DNA of 64,000 bases from an uncultured Desulfobacteraceae bacterium (GTDB lineage: Bacteria > Desulfobacterota > Desulfobacteria > Desulfobacterales > UBA5616), in contig CAYLRU010000001.1 of the NCBI GenBank assembly GCA_964386565.1, forward strand, positions 153,375-217,374, written 5' to 3'. The first letter of the stretch is position 1, and every line of letters begins with the position of its first letter. The translations under genes and the position numbers were made by a program. Below the pieces are notes generated by a model. That model saw only the letters and a program-made list of their open reading frames with translations, did no database searches and had not been told where the DNA came from. Positions 9,476 to 22,160 of this stretch are shown piece after piece.

Positions 9476-10999
9476 ATGAAACGAATCGAAGAAATTTCTT
9501 TATTGTATGAAATCAGCGAAGCCTTAAACGAGCATCTGGATCTTAAGAAAGCACTGTATAAGGTTTTGGAAATTTTGGCCGATTCAATGGGGATGGTCCG
9601 TGGGACCATTACTATTGTAAATCCCTTGAGCAATGAAATCAACATCGAGGTAGCCCACGGGATTTCATATTCCGCTATGGAAAGCGTTACGTACAAGGTT
9701 GGAGAGGGAATAACCGGCCGGGTGATTGAGTCCGGCAAGCCCATCGTTATTCCGAAAATCAGCGAGGAGCCTCTTTTTTTAAATCGAACAGCAGCCCGGA
9801 AGAAAAAACAGGACCGGGAACTTTCCTTCATCTGCAATCCCATAAAAAAGGGGAATCAGGTGATCGGCGCCATCAGTGTGGACAAACCCCTGGATTCCGG
9901 GTATTCTCTTGAGGTGGCACAGCAGTTCATGGCTGTCATCTCAACCATGATCGCCCGGCATGTCGGCAACCTGGAAACCATCCGGTTGGAACTGCTGCGT
10001 CTGCATCAGGAAAACGAGCGGCTTCAAAAGGAGCTGAAAAACAAGTATAAGATTACCGGTATCATCGGAAGCAGCAATAAAATGAGAGAGGTCTTTCAAA
10101 TGATCTCTCAGGTGTCCAAAAGCAATGCCACCGTTTTGATACGCGGGGAAAGCGGCACCGGAAAAGAGCTGGTGGCCAACTCGATCCATTACAACAGCCT
10201 TCGTGCCGCCAATCCCTTTATCAAGGTAAATTGTGCGGCAATGCCGGCGAACCTGATTGAAAGCGAGTTTTTCGGGCATGAAAAAGGCGCCTTTACCGGC
10301 GCCATCCGACAGAAGCTGGGAAAATTCGAGCTGGCACACAAAGGCACCATCTTCCTGGACGAAATCGGATCCATTGACCTGGATGTTCAGGTAAAACTTC
10401 TCAGGGTTCTCCAGGAAAAGGCGTTTGAACGGGTGGGGGGCCAAAAAACCATCACATCCGATGTCCGGATTGTGGCTGCCACCAACAAAAACCTGGAGCA
10501 GGCCGTTGAGGAGGGTGTTTTCCGCAGCGATTTGTATTACCGGTTAAATGTCTTCCCCATTTATCTTCCACCTCTTAATGAACGCAAGACCGATATATTG
10601 CTTCTTGCCGATCACTTTCTGGAAAAATACGCCAGGGAGAACAACAAACCCATTAAGCGATTTTCCACTCCCGCCATCGACATGCTGATGGATTATCACT
10701 GGCCCGGAAACGTCAGGGAGCTTGAGAATTGTATTGAAAGGGCCGTGCTGCTGTGTGAAGAAGGGGTCATCCACAGCTACCATTTGCCGCCGACCCTGCA
10801 GACCGGTTCGGAATCGGACACCCTGCCGGCCCTGTCCCTTGAAGACGCCGTTTCAAGTCTGGAAAGGGAAATGATTATCGATGCGCTTAAGAACACGAAG
10901 GGCAATACCACAAAAGCCGCCCAGTTGCTGAAAACCACGATTCGGAAATTCAATTATAAAGCCAAAAAATATAACGTGGACTACAAGCTGTACCGGTAG
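9476..10999 (+). CDS. Sigma-54-dependent transcriptional activator, GAF-AAA+-HTH architecture (NifA-like, no receiver domain)
   Basis: 507 aa. An N-terminal GAF-like region is followed by Walker A GESGTGKE, the GAFTGA loop (EKGAFTGA), [10 protein letters not shown] and a C-terminal Fis-type HTH. Confidence 0.85.
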   Translation: MKRIEEISLLYEISEALNEHLDLKKALYKVLEILADSMGMVRGTITIVNPLSNEINIEVAHGISYSAMESVTYKVGEGITGRVIESGKPIVIPKISEEPLFLNRTAARKKKQDRELSFICNPIKKGNQVIGAISVDKPLDSGYSLEVAQQFMAVISTMIARHVGNLETIRLELLRLHQENERLQKELKNKYKITGIIGSSNKMREVFQMISQVSKSNATVLIRGESGTGKELVANSIHYNSLRAANPFIKVNCAAMPANLIESEFFGHEKGAFTGAIRQKLGKFELAHKGTIFLDEIGSIDLDVQVKLLRVLQEKAFERVGGQKTITSDVRIVAATNKNLEQAVEEGVFRSDLYYRLNVFPIYLPPLNERKTDILLLADHFLEKYARENNKPIKRFSTPAIDMLMDYHWPGNVRELENCIERAVLLCEEGVIHSYHLPPTLQTGSESDTLPALSLEDAVSSLEREMIIDALKNTKGNTTKAAQLLKTTIRKFNYKAKKYNVDYKLYR

Positions 11000-11044
11000 T
11001 GTTCATCACCGGCTGTTACAGGGTCCGGGTAATATTATACTGCC

Positions 11045-11131
11045 ATGGCCGGCCTGTTAAAGGTTGAAGCGTTGCCGGCCATAAACCCCGAACGAATTAA
11101 AGCAGGAAAAGCAACTGTCAGCCGGCAACGC
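11045..11131. terminator. Two overlapping GC-rich inverted repeats between convergent genes
   Basis: ATGGCCGGC (11045-11053) pairs with GCCGGCCAT (11074-11082). GCGTTGCCGGC (11069-11079) pairs with GCCGGCAACGC (11121-11131). The two stems share 11074-11079 and so are mutually exclusive. Confidence 0.4.
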
Positions 11132-11163
11132 CAAATACGCCATCTTAAATATTTTTCTCAGCG

Positions 11164-12576
11164 TTATATATCGTAATACAGGAAAAATTCATGCGGATGG
11201 GGACGGAGTCGAACCGCGTTTACTTCGTTTTCCATTTTGTACTCAATCCACTTGTCGATCACATCTTCCGTGAACACGTCGTCTTTGAGTAAAAAGTCCC
11301 TGTCTTCGGCCAGGGCCGCGAGGGCTTCATCCAAGGAACCGGGAGCGGATTCGATTCCGGCCAGTTCCTCGGGCGGGAGATCATAAATGTTTTTATCCAG
11401 GGGATCACCCGGATCAATCTTGTTCTCGATGCCGTCCAGTGCCGCCATCAGCAATGCGGAGAACGCCATATAGCCGTTACAGGAGGGATCCGGAGTCCTG
11501 AATTCGATGCGTTTGGCTTTGGGTGATGCGGAATACATGGGGATCCGGACCGCAGCACTTCTGTTACGGCTGGAATAGGCCAGGTTCACCGGCGCTTCAA
11601 ATCCCGGGACCAGGCGTTTATAAGAATTGGTCGTGGGATTGGTGAATGCGCACAGGGCCTTGCAGTGCTTTAAGATACCGCCGATGGCGTAAAGTGCCTC
11701 CTGTGATACGCCGGCATATTTGTCTCCGGCAAACAACGGATTGCCGTCTTTCCAGATGCTGATATGGGTGTGCATGCCGGTTCCATTGTCTTCAAACAGG
11801 GGTTTGGGCATGAAGGTTACGGTATGGCCGTGGCGACAGGCCACATTTTTCAATACATATTTAAACCATACCAACTGGTCGCCCATTTGAACCAGGGGTT
11901 TGAAACGCATATCGATTTCCGCCTGTCCGGCCGTAGCGACTTCATGGTGCTGACATTCCACATCGATTCCGAGGTTTTCCAGTGTGAGCATCATCTCGGT
12001 CCGGATGTCCTGGAATTTATCCATGGGCGGGACCGGGAAGTATCCTTCCTTGTGTCTCGGTTTATATCCCAGGCTGGGGCTTTCTTCCCTGCCGGAGTTC
12101 CAGATCGCTTCAATGGAGTCGATTTCATAAAATGCCAGGTTCCGTCCGGACTCAAACCGGATGCTGTCAAAAATGAAGAACTCGGCTTCAGGTCCGAAAT
12201 AAGCGACATCTCCGATTCCGGTGGTTTTCAAATGATTTTCGGCTTTCTGGGCGATGTGCCTGGGGTCCCTTGTGTAAGGTTCCCGGGTCACCGGGTCAAC
12301 GATGTTGCCGATGAGAACAAGGGTGGGAACTTCGAAAAACGGGTCCATTTTTGCCGTTGATGCATCAGGTACCACCAGCATGTCGCTGGCATTAATGGGC
12401 TGCCAGCCCCGAATGCTGGATCCGTCGAATCCATACCCGTCCTCAAAGCTGGATTCTTCCAGTTCACCCAGGGGAACCGAAAAATGCTGCCATATACCGG
12501 GAAAATCCATAAACCGGATATCCACAACCTTTGCCCCTTTTTCTTTTGCCATTTCCATTACTTGTTTCGGTGTCAT
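11164..12576 (-). CDS. glnA: Glutamine synthetase type I
   Basis: 470 aa, canonical GS-I throughout, including the adenylylation-site context [10 protein letters not shown]. Confidence 0.95.
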   Translation of the reverse strand: MTPKQVMEMAKEKGAKVVDIRFMDFPGIWQHFSVPLGELEESSFEDGYGFDGSSIRGWQPINASDMLVVPDASTAKMDPFFEVPTLVLIGNIVDPVTREPYTRDPRHIAQKAENHLKTTGIGDVAYFGPEAEFFIFDSIRFESGRNLAFYEIDSIEAIWNSGREESPSLGYKPRHKEGYFPVPPMDKFQDIRTEMMLTLENLGIDVECQHHEVATAGQAEIDMRFKPLVQMGDQLVWFKYVLKNVACRHGHTVTFMPKPLFEDNGTGMHTHISIWKDGNPLFAGDKYAGVSQEALYAIGGILKHCKALCAFTNPTTNSYKRLVPGFEAPVNLAYSSRNRSAAVRIPMYSASPKAKRIEFRTPDPSCNGYMAFSALLMAALDGIENKIDPGDPLDKNIYDLPPEELAGIESAPGSLDEALAALAEDRDFLLKDDVFTEDVIDKWIEYKMENEVNAVRLRPHPHEFFLYYDI

Positions 12577-12729
12577 AATTTATCTCCTTTGATGTTTGTA
12601 AATCAGCACGTTAATGCCGTAAACGTTTTGTATTTAAGGAACTCAAAATCCGCGGACCGTAACGGGAATTGATAAAACAGGGTTTTTCAGCATCCTCCCG
12701 AATGCGGCTTCTGATTTGCGTTCCCCAAA

Positions 12730-14402
<1,673 letters not shown>

Positions 14403-14415
14403 CGTCGTTCTCCTT

Positions 14416-17055
14416 TTAAAATTTTCGAATCACTTCGGATAAGACGGTTTTTATTTTTTCTTCCTGCTCTCTGGTGTCGGCTTTCTGTCCGTCAAAATCC
14501 CTCACATAAAAGACATCCACCACCTGGTCCACCTTGGTGGCGATTTTTGATATCCATACATCTAGTCCCAAACGAAACAGTGAATCGGTGATATCGTATA
14601 AAAGACCGAGGTAGTCATATGCGAAAACTTCTATTATGGTAAAAAAGCTGGAACTCTCGTTGTCCACCTTGATTCGTACCGGTCTTTCAACGATTTTCGG
14701 CGCACCGGTGCCATAAACCGTTGTTTTCTCCTTTAAGGCCGGTGCCAAATCCATACGACCTTTTAAAACGGACTTAAGGTGACTTTCGGCGCGATTCCAA
14801 TTTTCTTTTTCAAACATCAGGTCCGGCGGCGGTTTGACTTCGAAGATATCCAGTGCGGTGTTGTCCCGCCATGTAAAAACCTGGGCATTAAGGATGTTGA
14901 TGCCGTTCAACGTGAAGGTCCCTGCAATTTTGGAAAAAAGTCCCGGTGCATCTTTGGCGCAGATGGTGACTGTTCGGGTACCGGAATTCTCATTCTTTTT
15001 GATATCCCAGACCACATCATTATCGTTTAACGCGTCGTGGAATTTAAGATGATCGATGATATCATCCACCGGTACATACAGGAGGTATCGCGGCGACATG
15101 ACATGGATTATCCGGTCAGGGTCGTTCTTGTACCCGGAGGACGCCAGACCTTTCAGGATCCGGCTTTTTTTCTCCTCGACCAAACCCACGGCTTCCTCGG
15201 ATGCCAGCTCGCCTTTTTCCAAAATTTTCAAAACCTTCAGGAAAAGGTTTTTCAACAAGGTTGCCGTCCAGTCGTTCCAGGCATTGGGACCGGTACTGAC
15301 AGAATCCGCCACGGTGAGAAGATACAGCATTTTCAGCTTTACGACGTCTTTTATTCTTCTGGCACAGGCAATGCAGGTTTCCTCGTCATTGATGTCTCTC
15401 CGGGTGGCGATTTTTATCAAAAAAAGATGCTCTTTCACCAGGTCCGCCACCATATCGGTTTCCTTGTTTTCAAACCCGAACCGGTTTAAGATTTTCCGGG
15501 CAAGGATTTCTCCGCTTTCAGCATGGTCGCTTGCCGTACTTCCTTTGCCGATATCGTGGAGCAGCGCCGCCCAGTGGAGCAGTCCGGGATGGGGCAACTC
15601 TTCATATAATTCCTTGCACAGCGGCTCATCGGTATGTTCTTCTTTTTTTCTCCACCGCTGCAGCACGCGGACAACATGAAGGGAGTGCTTGTCCACCGGA
15701 TAAAGATGATATGCATCAAACTGAATTCGGTTGGTGATGGCTTTGAATTCAGGAATGAGCCGCTCCAGCACGCCGGTGTACAGCATTTCATCCAGTGTAT
15801 CGTGGCTCGGGTCGCCTGAAATCAGAATTTTTTCAAAAAGACCGATCATTCGGCGTGAAGTAAAAAAATCATCGTCCATCAAGGGGGAAAATTCTTTTAC
15901 CAGCCGGGTCGCTTCGGCACTGAGCGGTAATCCATAGCGGTCGCTTTCCCTGAATATCTCCATTAATAAAATTGGATTTTTCAAAATCTTTTCCGGGTTA
16001 ACAAAGGTGACCATCCCCCGATTGATCTGTAAATCTTCAATCCGGGTTTTCTTGGTTTCTTTCTTTCTCCGGCTGTTTGCACGTTGATATCCCAATTCAT
16101 ACAACGATACCTGGTAAAGTTGTTTGATAAATTCCATTTCTCCATGGAGTGTGCCCAGAAAACGTTCCACCGGCTTCTGGTCGTCCCGGGTGTCAAATTG
16201 AAGCGCCTCGGCCAGTTTGATCTGATACTCGAAATGCAGCCGGTCGCTTTTCCGTCCCACAAGATGGTGCAGCCGGCTCCGGACTTCGAATATGAAGGAA
16301 AGCGCCCGATCCAGCCGCTGGAATTCATCATGGGATAAGAACCCTTCATATTCCAAATCCCTGGGTTCTTTTATATTGGAGAGAATCCGTCCGATCCAGA
16401 GCAGGGTATGGTAGTCTCTTAACCCCCCCAGTCCTTCCTTCAGGTTCGGCTCCAAACGATACGTGGAATTACCGAAATAGTCATGACGATTCCTGTTGTT
16501 TTCCACCAGACTGTGAATAATGCGGTTTGATTTTCCCCTGATAATTTTTTTACGGACCTGGTCCATGAGGTTCAAATACACGTTGGACATGCCGCAGATG
16601 AAGCGGGCATCCAGCAGGGACGTCAGAACCGCGATATCTTTTTTTGCCAGCCCGATACATTCTTTTATGGAACGCGTTGCATGACCGACTTCAAGGCCGA
16701 GGTCCCAGAGCGGGTAGACCACTTCCTTAATGAGATCTTCCGTCCTGTCGATCACCCGGTCTTCAAAAAGAAACAAAAGATCAACATCTGAAAACAGGCA
16801 TTGTTCTTTTCGGCCGTACCCCCCTAATGCGATAATGGCATAAGGATTTTTTGTGGTGTACAATGCCGGCCCGATTTTGCTTTTTTCAAAACTTTCCTGA
16901 AAATATCCATCCAGCAGCAGTGCGTTTTTTTCCGGAAAAAAAGGTTCTTTTCCCGCTATAAAATCGGAAATCAGTCGATCCCGGTTGCTTATCAGCGCCT
17001 TTGCCGGGTTTTTCTGGTCTTTCTGGCGATATGCAATGTTCATATGCAGTGACAT
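14416..17055 (-). CDS. glnD: [Protein-PII] uridylyltransferase / uridylyl-removing enzyme
   Basis: 879 aa with a nucleotidyltransferase domain (GGYGRKEQCLFSDVDLLFL), an HD domain (LLHDIGKG) and two C-terminal ACT domains. Confidence 0.9.
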   Translation of the reverse strand: MSLHMNIAYRQKDQKNPAKALISNRDRLISDFIAGKEPFFPEKNALLLDGYFQESFEKSKIGPALYTTKNPYAIIALGGYGRKEQCLFSDVDLLFLFEDRVIDRTEDLIKEVVYPLWDLGLEVGHATRSIKECIGLAKKDIAVLTSLLDARFICGMSNVYLNLMDQVRKKIIRGKSNRIIHSLVENNRNRHDYFGNSTYRLEPNLKEGLGGLRDYHTLLWIGRILSNIKEPRDLEYEGFLSHDEFQRLDRALSFIFEVRSRLHHLVGRKSDRLHFEYQIKLAEALQFDTRDDQKPVERFLGTLHGEMEFIKQLYQVSLYELGYQRANSRRKKETKKTRIEDLQINRGMVTFVNPEKILKNPILLMEIFRESDRYGLPLSAEATRLVKEFSPLMDDDFFTSRRMIGLFEKILISGDPSHDTLDEMLYTGVLERLIPEFKAITNRIQFDAYHLYPVDKHSLHVVRVLQRWRKKEEHTDEPLCKELYEELPHPGLLHWAALLHDIGKGSTASDHAESGEILARKILNRFGFENKETDMVADLVKEHLFLIKIATRRDINDEETCIACARRIKDVVKLKMLYLLTVADSVSTGPNAWNDWTATLLKNLFLKVLKILEKGELASEEAVGLVEEKKSRILKGLASSGYKNDPDRIIHVMSPRYLLYVPVDDIIDHLKFHDALNDNDVVWDIKKNENSGTRTVTICAKDAPGLFSKIAGTFTLNGINILNAQVFTWRDNTALDIFEVKPPPDLMFEKENWNRAESHLKSVLKGRMDLAPALKEKTTVYGTGAPKIVERPVRIKVDNESSSFFTIIEVFAYDYLGLLYDITDSLFRLGLDVWISKIATKVDQVVDVFYVRDFDGQKADTREQEEKIKTVLSEVIRKF

Positions 17056-17151
17056 TTTTTAATCGGCCTTTATGCCGTTGGCGTTAATTTCATGATGGAT
17101 GCATGAAATTAAATTGAATACGGCTGTTGCTGTTCAGTGCCAATAAAGAAA

Positions 17152-17166
17152 GCAATACGTATGCCA
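17152..17166 (-). promoter_or_regulatory. Sigma-54 (-24/-12) promoter for glnD-amtB-glnK
   Basis: The minus strand reads TGGCATACGTATTGC. GG and GC are separated by exactly 10 nt, about 97 nt upstream of the glnD start, inside a 335-bp AT-rich intergenic region. Confidence 0.6.
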
Positions 17167-17390
17167 AAGTTCAAATATATTTAAATATGGATAAAATTCA
17201 ATCGGTTAAATTAATATTTCGAGTTTTTGATTCGGGCTTTAAAACTACATTTTTGTATTTAATCATGGGCTGACTATACAAAAATGTAATTTTAAATTCA
17301 TAAAAGTTCATATTTTGCAGTATGCAGCGGGTTGGTTTGGATATCCAACACAAAAGGCGGGCAAAAAGACCGTTTGCGGGTGCTCAGTTG

Positions 17391-20273
17391 TTATGATTCC
17401 GGTGTGTTCGAGATATAATGATTCCAAATGTCGATGACCCGGTTTCTCAGATCCTTGAATTGATCGGACGGCACTCTGGCCGGTTTTTCCTGAAGAGATA
17501 ATCTGTGGATGGCCGCTCGAAAGGTCAAATAGGCCTCGTGAAGTGTCCTGGCTGCATGGTCGTCGATAATATCATGTTTTAAAAGGGTTTCGAGAATTCT
17601 GACGTTATCCGTCCATTTGAGCAGTTCGGCATATTGATGTGATTTTAATAAAACCAGGTATTGCACTAAAAATTCAATATCGATGATACCGCCGCAGCCC
17701 TCTTTTAAATCAAATCGGCCGGGGTCTGCATGCATTCGTTCCTTTCTCATTTTTTCCCGCATCGTGGCAACGTCTTTTCGAAGTTGGGCTTCATCCCTTT
17801 TACAGGCCAGTACATCGGATCGAATTTCCTCGAATCTCCGAGCCAGGGCCGGGTCTCCGCAAATAGGCCTTGCACGGACCAGTGCTTGTTTCTCCCAGGT
17901 CCATCCCTGCTCCATCTGATACGTGGAAAACGCTTCGATCTGGCTCACCAGCGGGCCTGCATTTCCGCTTGGCCGCAACCGCATATCGGTTTCATAAAGC
18001 CTGCCCGCCCGGGTGTGCGCGGTGAGCAGATGAACAATCCGTTGCCCGAGACGGGAAAAGAAATAGGATGTGGCAATGGGTTTGTCTGTACCCCGGGTTG
18101 TGTCCCCTGTCCCGGCATGGATGAAGACTATGTCCAGGTCGGAATGATATCCCATCTCGATTCCGCCGAGCTTTCCATATCCCACAATCAGGAACCCCTT
18201 TTCACAGGCATGATCCCCCAACATGCAATCGGGTGTTCCATGCTTGTTTACCATAAACGTCCAGGCGAGGTTCAGTACTTCTTCCAAAACCGTTTCCGCG
18301 ATTTCAGTGAGATGGTCGCTGACCCGCATAATCGGCAAAACGCCGGTAACGTCCGCCGCAGCGACACGAAGGGTGTTTGTCTGTTTAAAAATGCACAGGG
18401 TTTCAATCTGATACTCAAGATCGTCGTCTGGCAGACGTTTGATTTGGTTGCTTATCTCATTTTTCAACTTGGCTTTTTCCGGCGGCGCATATAAAGATCT
18501 CGGGTCAAGAAATTCGTCCAGGAGAACCGGATGCAGGGCTAAAAAGCTGATGATCCAGGGGCTTTTTTCAGCCAGATTGATCAGGTGGGTCAGCACCGGG
18601 GGATTTTCCAGCAGCAGGGCAATGTAACTTGTCCTCCTTTCGATGGACCTGATCAGATCAACAAGGCGGTTTAAAACGGCTTCGGCCTGGATACACGGCT
18701 CCACGGCTTCGAGTAATTTCGGTATCAGGCGGGCAACGCGATTTCTGCCGGTCGGACTCAGGGCGCGGGTTTCCGGTGCATTCTTGAGGTATGTGAGGGC
18801 GCTGATGACCTTTTCCGGCTTTGTGAACCCGATTTGCCTGATGATGGATTCGGCGGTGTGATGATCAGACAGATGTTGCCATACCTCATCCAAACCACTG
18901 TCGACACGGTGGGCCCCATCCGGTTCAAGCAACTGATTAAAATGCAGGTGCACCTTATTTTTATGCCGGGTCAGCAATTCCTCGAAAGCCTCATAGGTTT
19001 CGCATCCCATGGAAAAAGCGATCCGCATTCGCCCTTTACCGTCTTTGGGGATGACGTGGGTCTGAAGGTCTGAAATTTCCTGGAGATGATGTTCTGTATT
19101 GCGCAGGAATTGATAGGCTTCGACAAGGTCGTCGTGGGTTTGTCGGCTGATGATGCGTTCTTTCCTGAGAACGGACAACAATTTTCGGGTGTGGCGTTCA
19201 CGAAGGACCGGTGTGACGCCGCCCCGAAGAATCTGGAACATCTGACAAAAAAATTCAATTTCGCGGATTCCGCCCGGTCCGAGCTTGAGGTTATCCGCCA
19301 TATCTTTGCGTCTTACCTCAAGGGCGATTTTTCGTTTCATATCCCTTAACGCGTCAAAGACGGTGTAATCCAGATATCGTCTGTAAATGAACTGCTCCAG
19401 CCGTTGCAGCAGCTTTTCACCGGCGGCTTTATCACCGGCAATGACACGGGCCCTGAGCCATGCATACCGTTCCCATTCGCGACCCTGCTCCTGGTAGTAG
19501 TTTTCCATGGCGTCGAAATTCATCACAAGAGGGCCGTTTTCACCAAAGGGCCTCAGCCGCATATCCACCCTGAACGGACTTTTCACGGAACCGGATGATC
19601 CCAGTACCTGGATTAACCGGCGGGCCAGGGATAAAAAAAACATGTCATTATCCACGGATTCCCCGGCACCGTCCGTCTTTCCTTTTTCAGGATAAGCAAA
19701 AACCAGATCAATATCCGAAGAAAAATTAAGCTCCCCGGCGCCCAGTTTGCCCATTCCGATCACCACAAGGCCCAGCCTGTTTCCCTTATGATCCATGGGT
19801 GTTCCCATTTGCCGGCATTGCCACGCATAAAGGCGGTCAAGGGCATTTTCCACACAGGCATCGGCAAATGCGGTGAGATCGTCAAGGGTTTCCGACAGGT
19901 CCGCCCACCCTGACAGATCCCGCCAGGCAATGCGAATCATTTCCCGCAGCCGGAATCGGGCCAGCTGCTGTCGGAGGGCTTTCTCGTTCCGGCAGTGGGC
20001 AAGCTGCCGGGATAATTTTTCATGGAACCGGCCGGGTTCATAGGATTTCATAAGATCCTGACTGTGGATAAGTCCGATGAGTATGTCCGGCGAGAGGATG
20101 CAGTTTTTTGAAACGAATTCACTGAGGGAAAACACGATTTTCATACTTTCCCGGACGGTTTCGTCATCAGGCAGGACAAGATTGTTGGACCCAAGCGAGC
20201 GGACAAAATCCTTATGCTTTTCCTCATATTCCTTTAAGAGAAGGGGAGGTATTTTCCTTTTCATCTTCATCAA
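17391..20273 (-). CDS. glnE: Glutamine synthetase adenylyltransferase / adenylyl-removing enzyme
   Basis: 960 aa with two nucleotidyltransferase halves (GMGKLGAGELNFSSDIDLVF and GYGKLGGIEMGYHSDLDIVF). Confidence 0.9.
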   Translation of the reverse strand: MMKMKRKIPPLLLKEYEEKHKDFVRSLGSNNLVLPDDETVRESMKIVFSLSEFVSKNCILSPDILIGLIHSQDLMKSYEPGRFHEKLSRQLAHCRNEKALRQQLARFRLREMIRIAWRDLSGWADLSETLDDLTAFADACVENALDRLYAWQCRQMGTPMDHKGNRLGLVVIGMGKLGAGELNFSSDIDLVFAYPEKGKTDGAGESVDNDMFFLSLARRLIQVLGSSGSVKSPFRVDMRLRPFGENGPLVMNFDAMENYYQEQGREWERYAWLRARVIAGDKAAGEKLLQRLEQFIYRRYLDYTVFDALRDMKRKIALEVRRKDMADNLKLGPGGIREIEFFCQMFQILRGGVTPVLRERHTRKLLSVLRKERIISRQTHDDLVEAYQFLRNTEHHLQEISDLQTHVIPKDGKGRMRIAFSMGCETYEAFEELLTRHKNKVHLHFNQLLEPDGAHRVDSGLDEVWQHLSDHHTAESIIRQIGFTKPEKVISALTYLKNAPETRALSPTGRNRVARLIPKLLEAVEPCIQAEAVLNRLVDLIRSIERRTSYIALLLENPPVLTHLINLAEKSPWIISFLALHPVLLDEFLDPRSLYAPPEKAKLKNEISNQIKRLPDDDLEYQIETLCIFKQTNTLRVAAADVTGVLPIMRVSDHLTEIAETVLEEVLNLAWTFMVNKHGTPDCMLGDHACEKGFLIVGYGKLGGIEMGYHSDLDIVFIHAGTGDTTRGTDKPIATSYFFSRLGQRIVHLLTAHTRAGRLYETDMRLRPSGNAGPLVSQIEAFSTYQMEQGWTWEKQALVRARPICGDPALARRFEEIRSDVLACKRDEAQLRKDVATMREKMRKERMHADPGRFDLKEGCGGIIDIEFLVQYLVLLKSHQYAELLKWTDNVRILETLLKHDIIDDHAARTLHEAYLTFRAAIHRLSLQEKPARVPSDQFKDLRNRVIDIWNHYISNTPES

Positions 20274-20418
20274 TACACTTGTTTCCGTTATCCTGTTTAT
20301 GATCTGTTTGACTTTTCCGGATTTTTTCCGTTATACATCAATTGACCGTTTTTGACCAAGGAAATCCCCGTTGCCTGATGGTTAACGACAAATCCCGGTT
20401 TATATGAAAGGAAGAAAC

Positions 20419-21306
20419 ATGCCCAACATTCCGGCCAACGGTATTCGGATAGAATACGATACGTTCGGGAACCCATCATCACCCGCCATAGTGCTGATCA
20501 ACGGCCTTGGTGTTCAGATGATTTACTGGGAGGATGCATTTTGCGATCAACTGGCGGATGAGGGCCATTACGTTATCCGGTACGACAACCGGGATATCGG
20601 TCTGTCCACCAAATTCGACGACTTCGGCGTTCCCGATATTCCAGGGGCCATGGCGGCCCTATCCCGGGGGGAGAAAATCGAAACAGCCTACACCCTGGAG
20701 GATATGGCGGATGACGCCGTCGGGCTCATTCGTGCATTGGGCATTGAAAAGGCCTATTTTTGCGGGTCCTCAATGGGCGGTATCATCGCCCAAACCGTTG
20801 CGGCAAATCACCCCGAGTGCGTGCTGGGACTCATCTCCATCATGAGCAGTTCAGGAGATCCAAAACTGCCGTCGCCCAAACCGGAAGTGATGGAAGCATT
20901 GCTCACGCCGTCACCGGACACCCGCAAGGAATACATCGAACACAATGTCAATTACTGGCGGATCGTGGGCAGTCCCGTGTTCGAATATGACGAGGACCGG
21001 ATCCGGAAGCGAGCGGCAGCGGCTTTTGACAGGTCCCATTATCCATACGGAAAATCCCGGCAGATGCTGGCGGTTATATCCAGGGGAAATCGTAAAGAGG
21101 TGTTAAAGTCGATAACCGTTCCCACCCTGGTCATTCACGGAACCGAAGACCCGCTGGTTCCGGTTCAAGCGGCATACGACATCGCCGAAACCATTCCCAA
21201 TGCCAAACTGGTTACCGTGGAGGGAATGGGACACGATATGCCGGTGGATACCTGGCCTGTCATTATTTCGGCGATTTCAGGGCATACGAAAAGGAAGGGG
21301 AACTGA
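20419..21306 (+). CDS. Alpha/beta-fold hydrolase
   Basis: Has the nucleophile elbow GSSMGG and HG-type oxyanion context. The start at 20419 is preferred because GAAAGGAAG lies upstream; the track start at 20404 is 5 codons earlier. Confidence 0.75.
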   Translation: MPNIPANGIRIEYDTFGNPSSPAIVLINGLGVQMIYWEDAFCDQLADEGHYVIRYDNRDIGLSTKFDDFGVPDIPGAMAALSRGEKIETAYTLEDMADDAVGLIRALGIEKAYFCGSSMGGIIAQTVAANHPECVLGLISIMSSSGDPKLPSPKPEVMEALLTPSPDTRKEYIEHNVNYWRIVGSPVFEYDEDRIRKRAAAAFDRSHYPYGKSRQMLAVISRGNRKEVLKSITVPTLVIHGTEDPLVPVQAAYDIAETIPNAKLVTVEGMGHDMPVDTWPVIISAISGHTKRKGN

Positions 21307-21310
21307 TTTT

Positions 21311-21847
21311 TTATTTTTTGTCTTTTTCCGGGGCGTGTCTTTTATTTCCGATTTCAGCCGTGGCGGACAACATGTAAAACCCGATGTCCGGGTCCTCGTG
21401 TTTGTGGTCCGGAAAGGCCAGGCCAAGGTTGAGCCCGAAAACGTTTTTGATGGTGGTCATCCTTTTGATCAGTGTACGGGGCCTGTTGTCCAGTCGAAAC
21501 TCCACCTCCAACCAGTCTCCGGTTTGAAAATTTCGTTTGTCATGGAGCTTTACCTTTAATCCACGCCGTGAAATATCCACCACCGTCATATTTCCTTCAA
21601 AAACCGGCTTTCCCGATGTCCGAAACGTATATTTTCCGGGAAACCCCACCTCTTTTCGATAATACCGCCTCTTTTCCAGCAACGCGGTCCAGGAATGGCC
21701 GCATTTGCAGGTAACCTTGATCCTGGTTTCTTGAGGGAGGTCAAGATATTTAGATACGTCGACAATGTGCTGACGATTACAGTCGGCGCATGCAAAGATA
21801 GCGGTATTATCACGGGTGATATAGGTTTTTTCGACCATGGGACACAC
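21311..21847 (-). CDS. PilZ-domain protein with N-terminal Cys-rich (zinc-ribbon-like) segment
   Basis: PilZ motifs RRYYR (RxxxR) and DISRRG (D.S..G) are present. The N-terminus has CADC...CKC. The track start is a GTG at 21847; an ATG alternative is at 21838. Confidence 0.6.
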   Translation of the reverse strand: MCPMVEKTYITRDNTAIFACADCNRQHIVDVSKYLDLPQETRIKVTCKCGHSWTALLEKRRYYRKEVGFPGKYTFRTSGKPVFEGNMTVVDISRRGLKVKLHDKRNFQTGDWLEVEFRLDNRPRTLIKRMTTIKNVFGLNLGLAFPDHKHEDPDIGFYMLSATAEIGNKRHAPEKDKK

Positions 21848-22160
21848 CTGGTTTCGGTCAGGGCTCTAAAAAGACACGCAATATGATCGTAATAAAGACT
21901 AAACGATATGCAATTTGTATATCCTATATGAAGCCGTATTATTGTCAACAGTAAAAAGCCGATGACAACACGATATCGGTTCCTTGACAACGGACCATTG
22001 TATTTTTCTTAAAAAATTCTTTTTTTATAAGGAAATACCGAATTTCTTTAAAGACTTTTTTCTTGATTTCGTGTATACATATAATTCACGTGCTGAATGG
22101 ATGAGATCTTAATGGAAAAAACGTCGTATCGGCAGCTCCCACTTGAGACGCAAGAATCTC

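Noticed and set aside
12606-12618. Sigma-54-like sequence upstream of glnA (minus strand GGCATTAACGTGC)
   Set aside because: GG and GC are separated by 9 nt, not the obligatory 10, and the -12 region is TGCT without the preceding T. Spacing is too critical for sigma-54 to accept this. The glnA promoter therefore remains unidentified.
17730-18494. 254-aa plus-strand ORF. The same applies to other long antisense ORFs such as 32692-33483, 49620-50339, 54311-55012, 58106-58993, 8489-9075 and 36109-36825.
   Set aside because: All are embedded antisense in confidently assigned genes (glnE, carB/purF, CrtI-like, CPA2, MATE, dinB, DUF1329-like). They show biased, motif-free translations.
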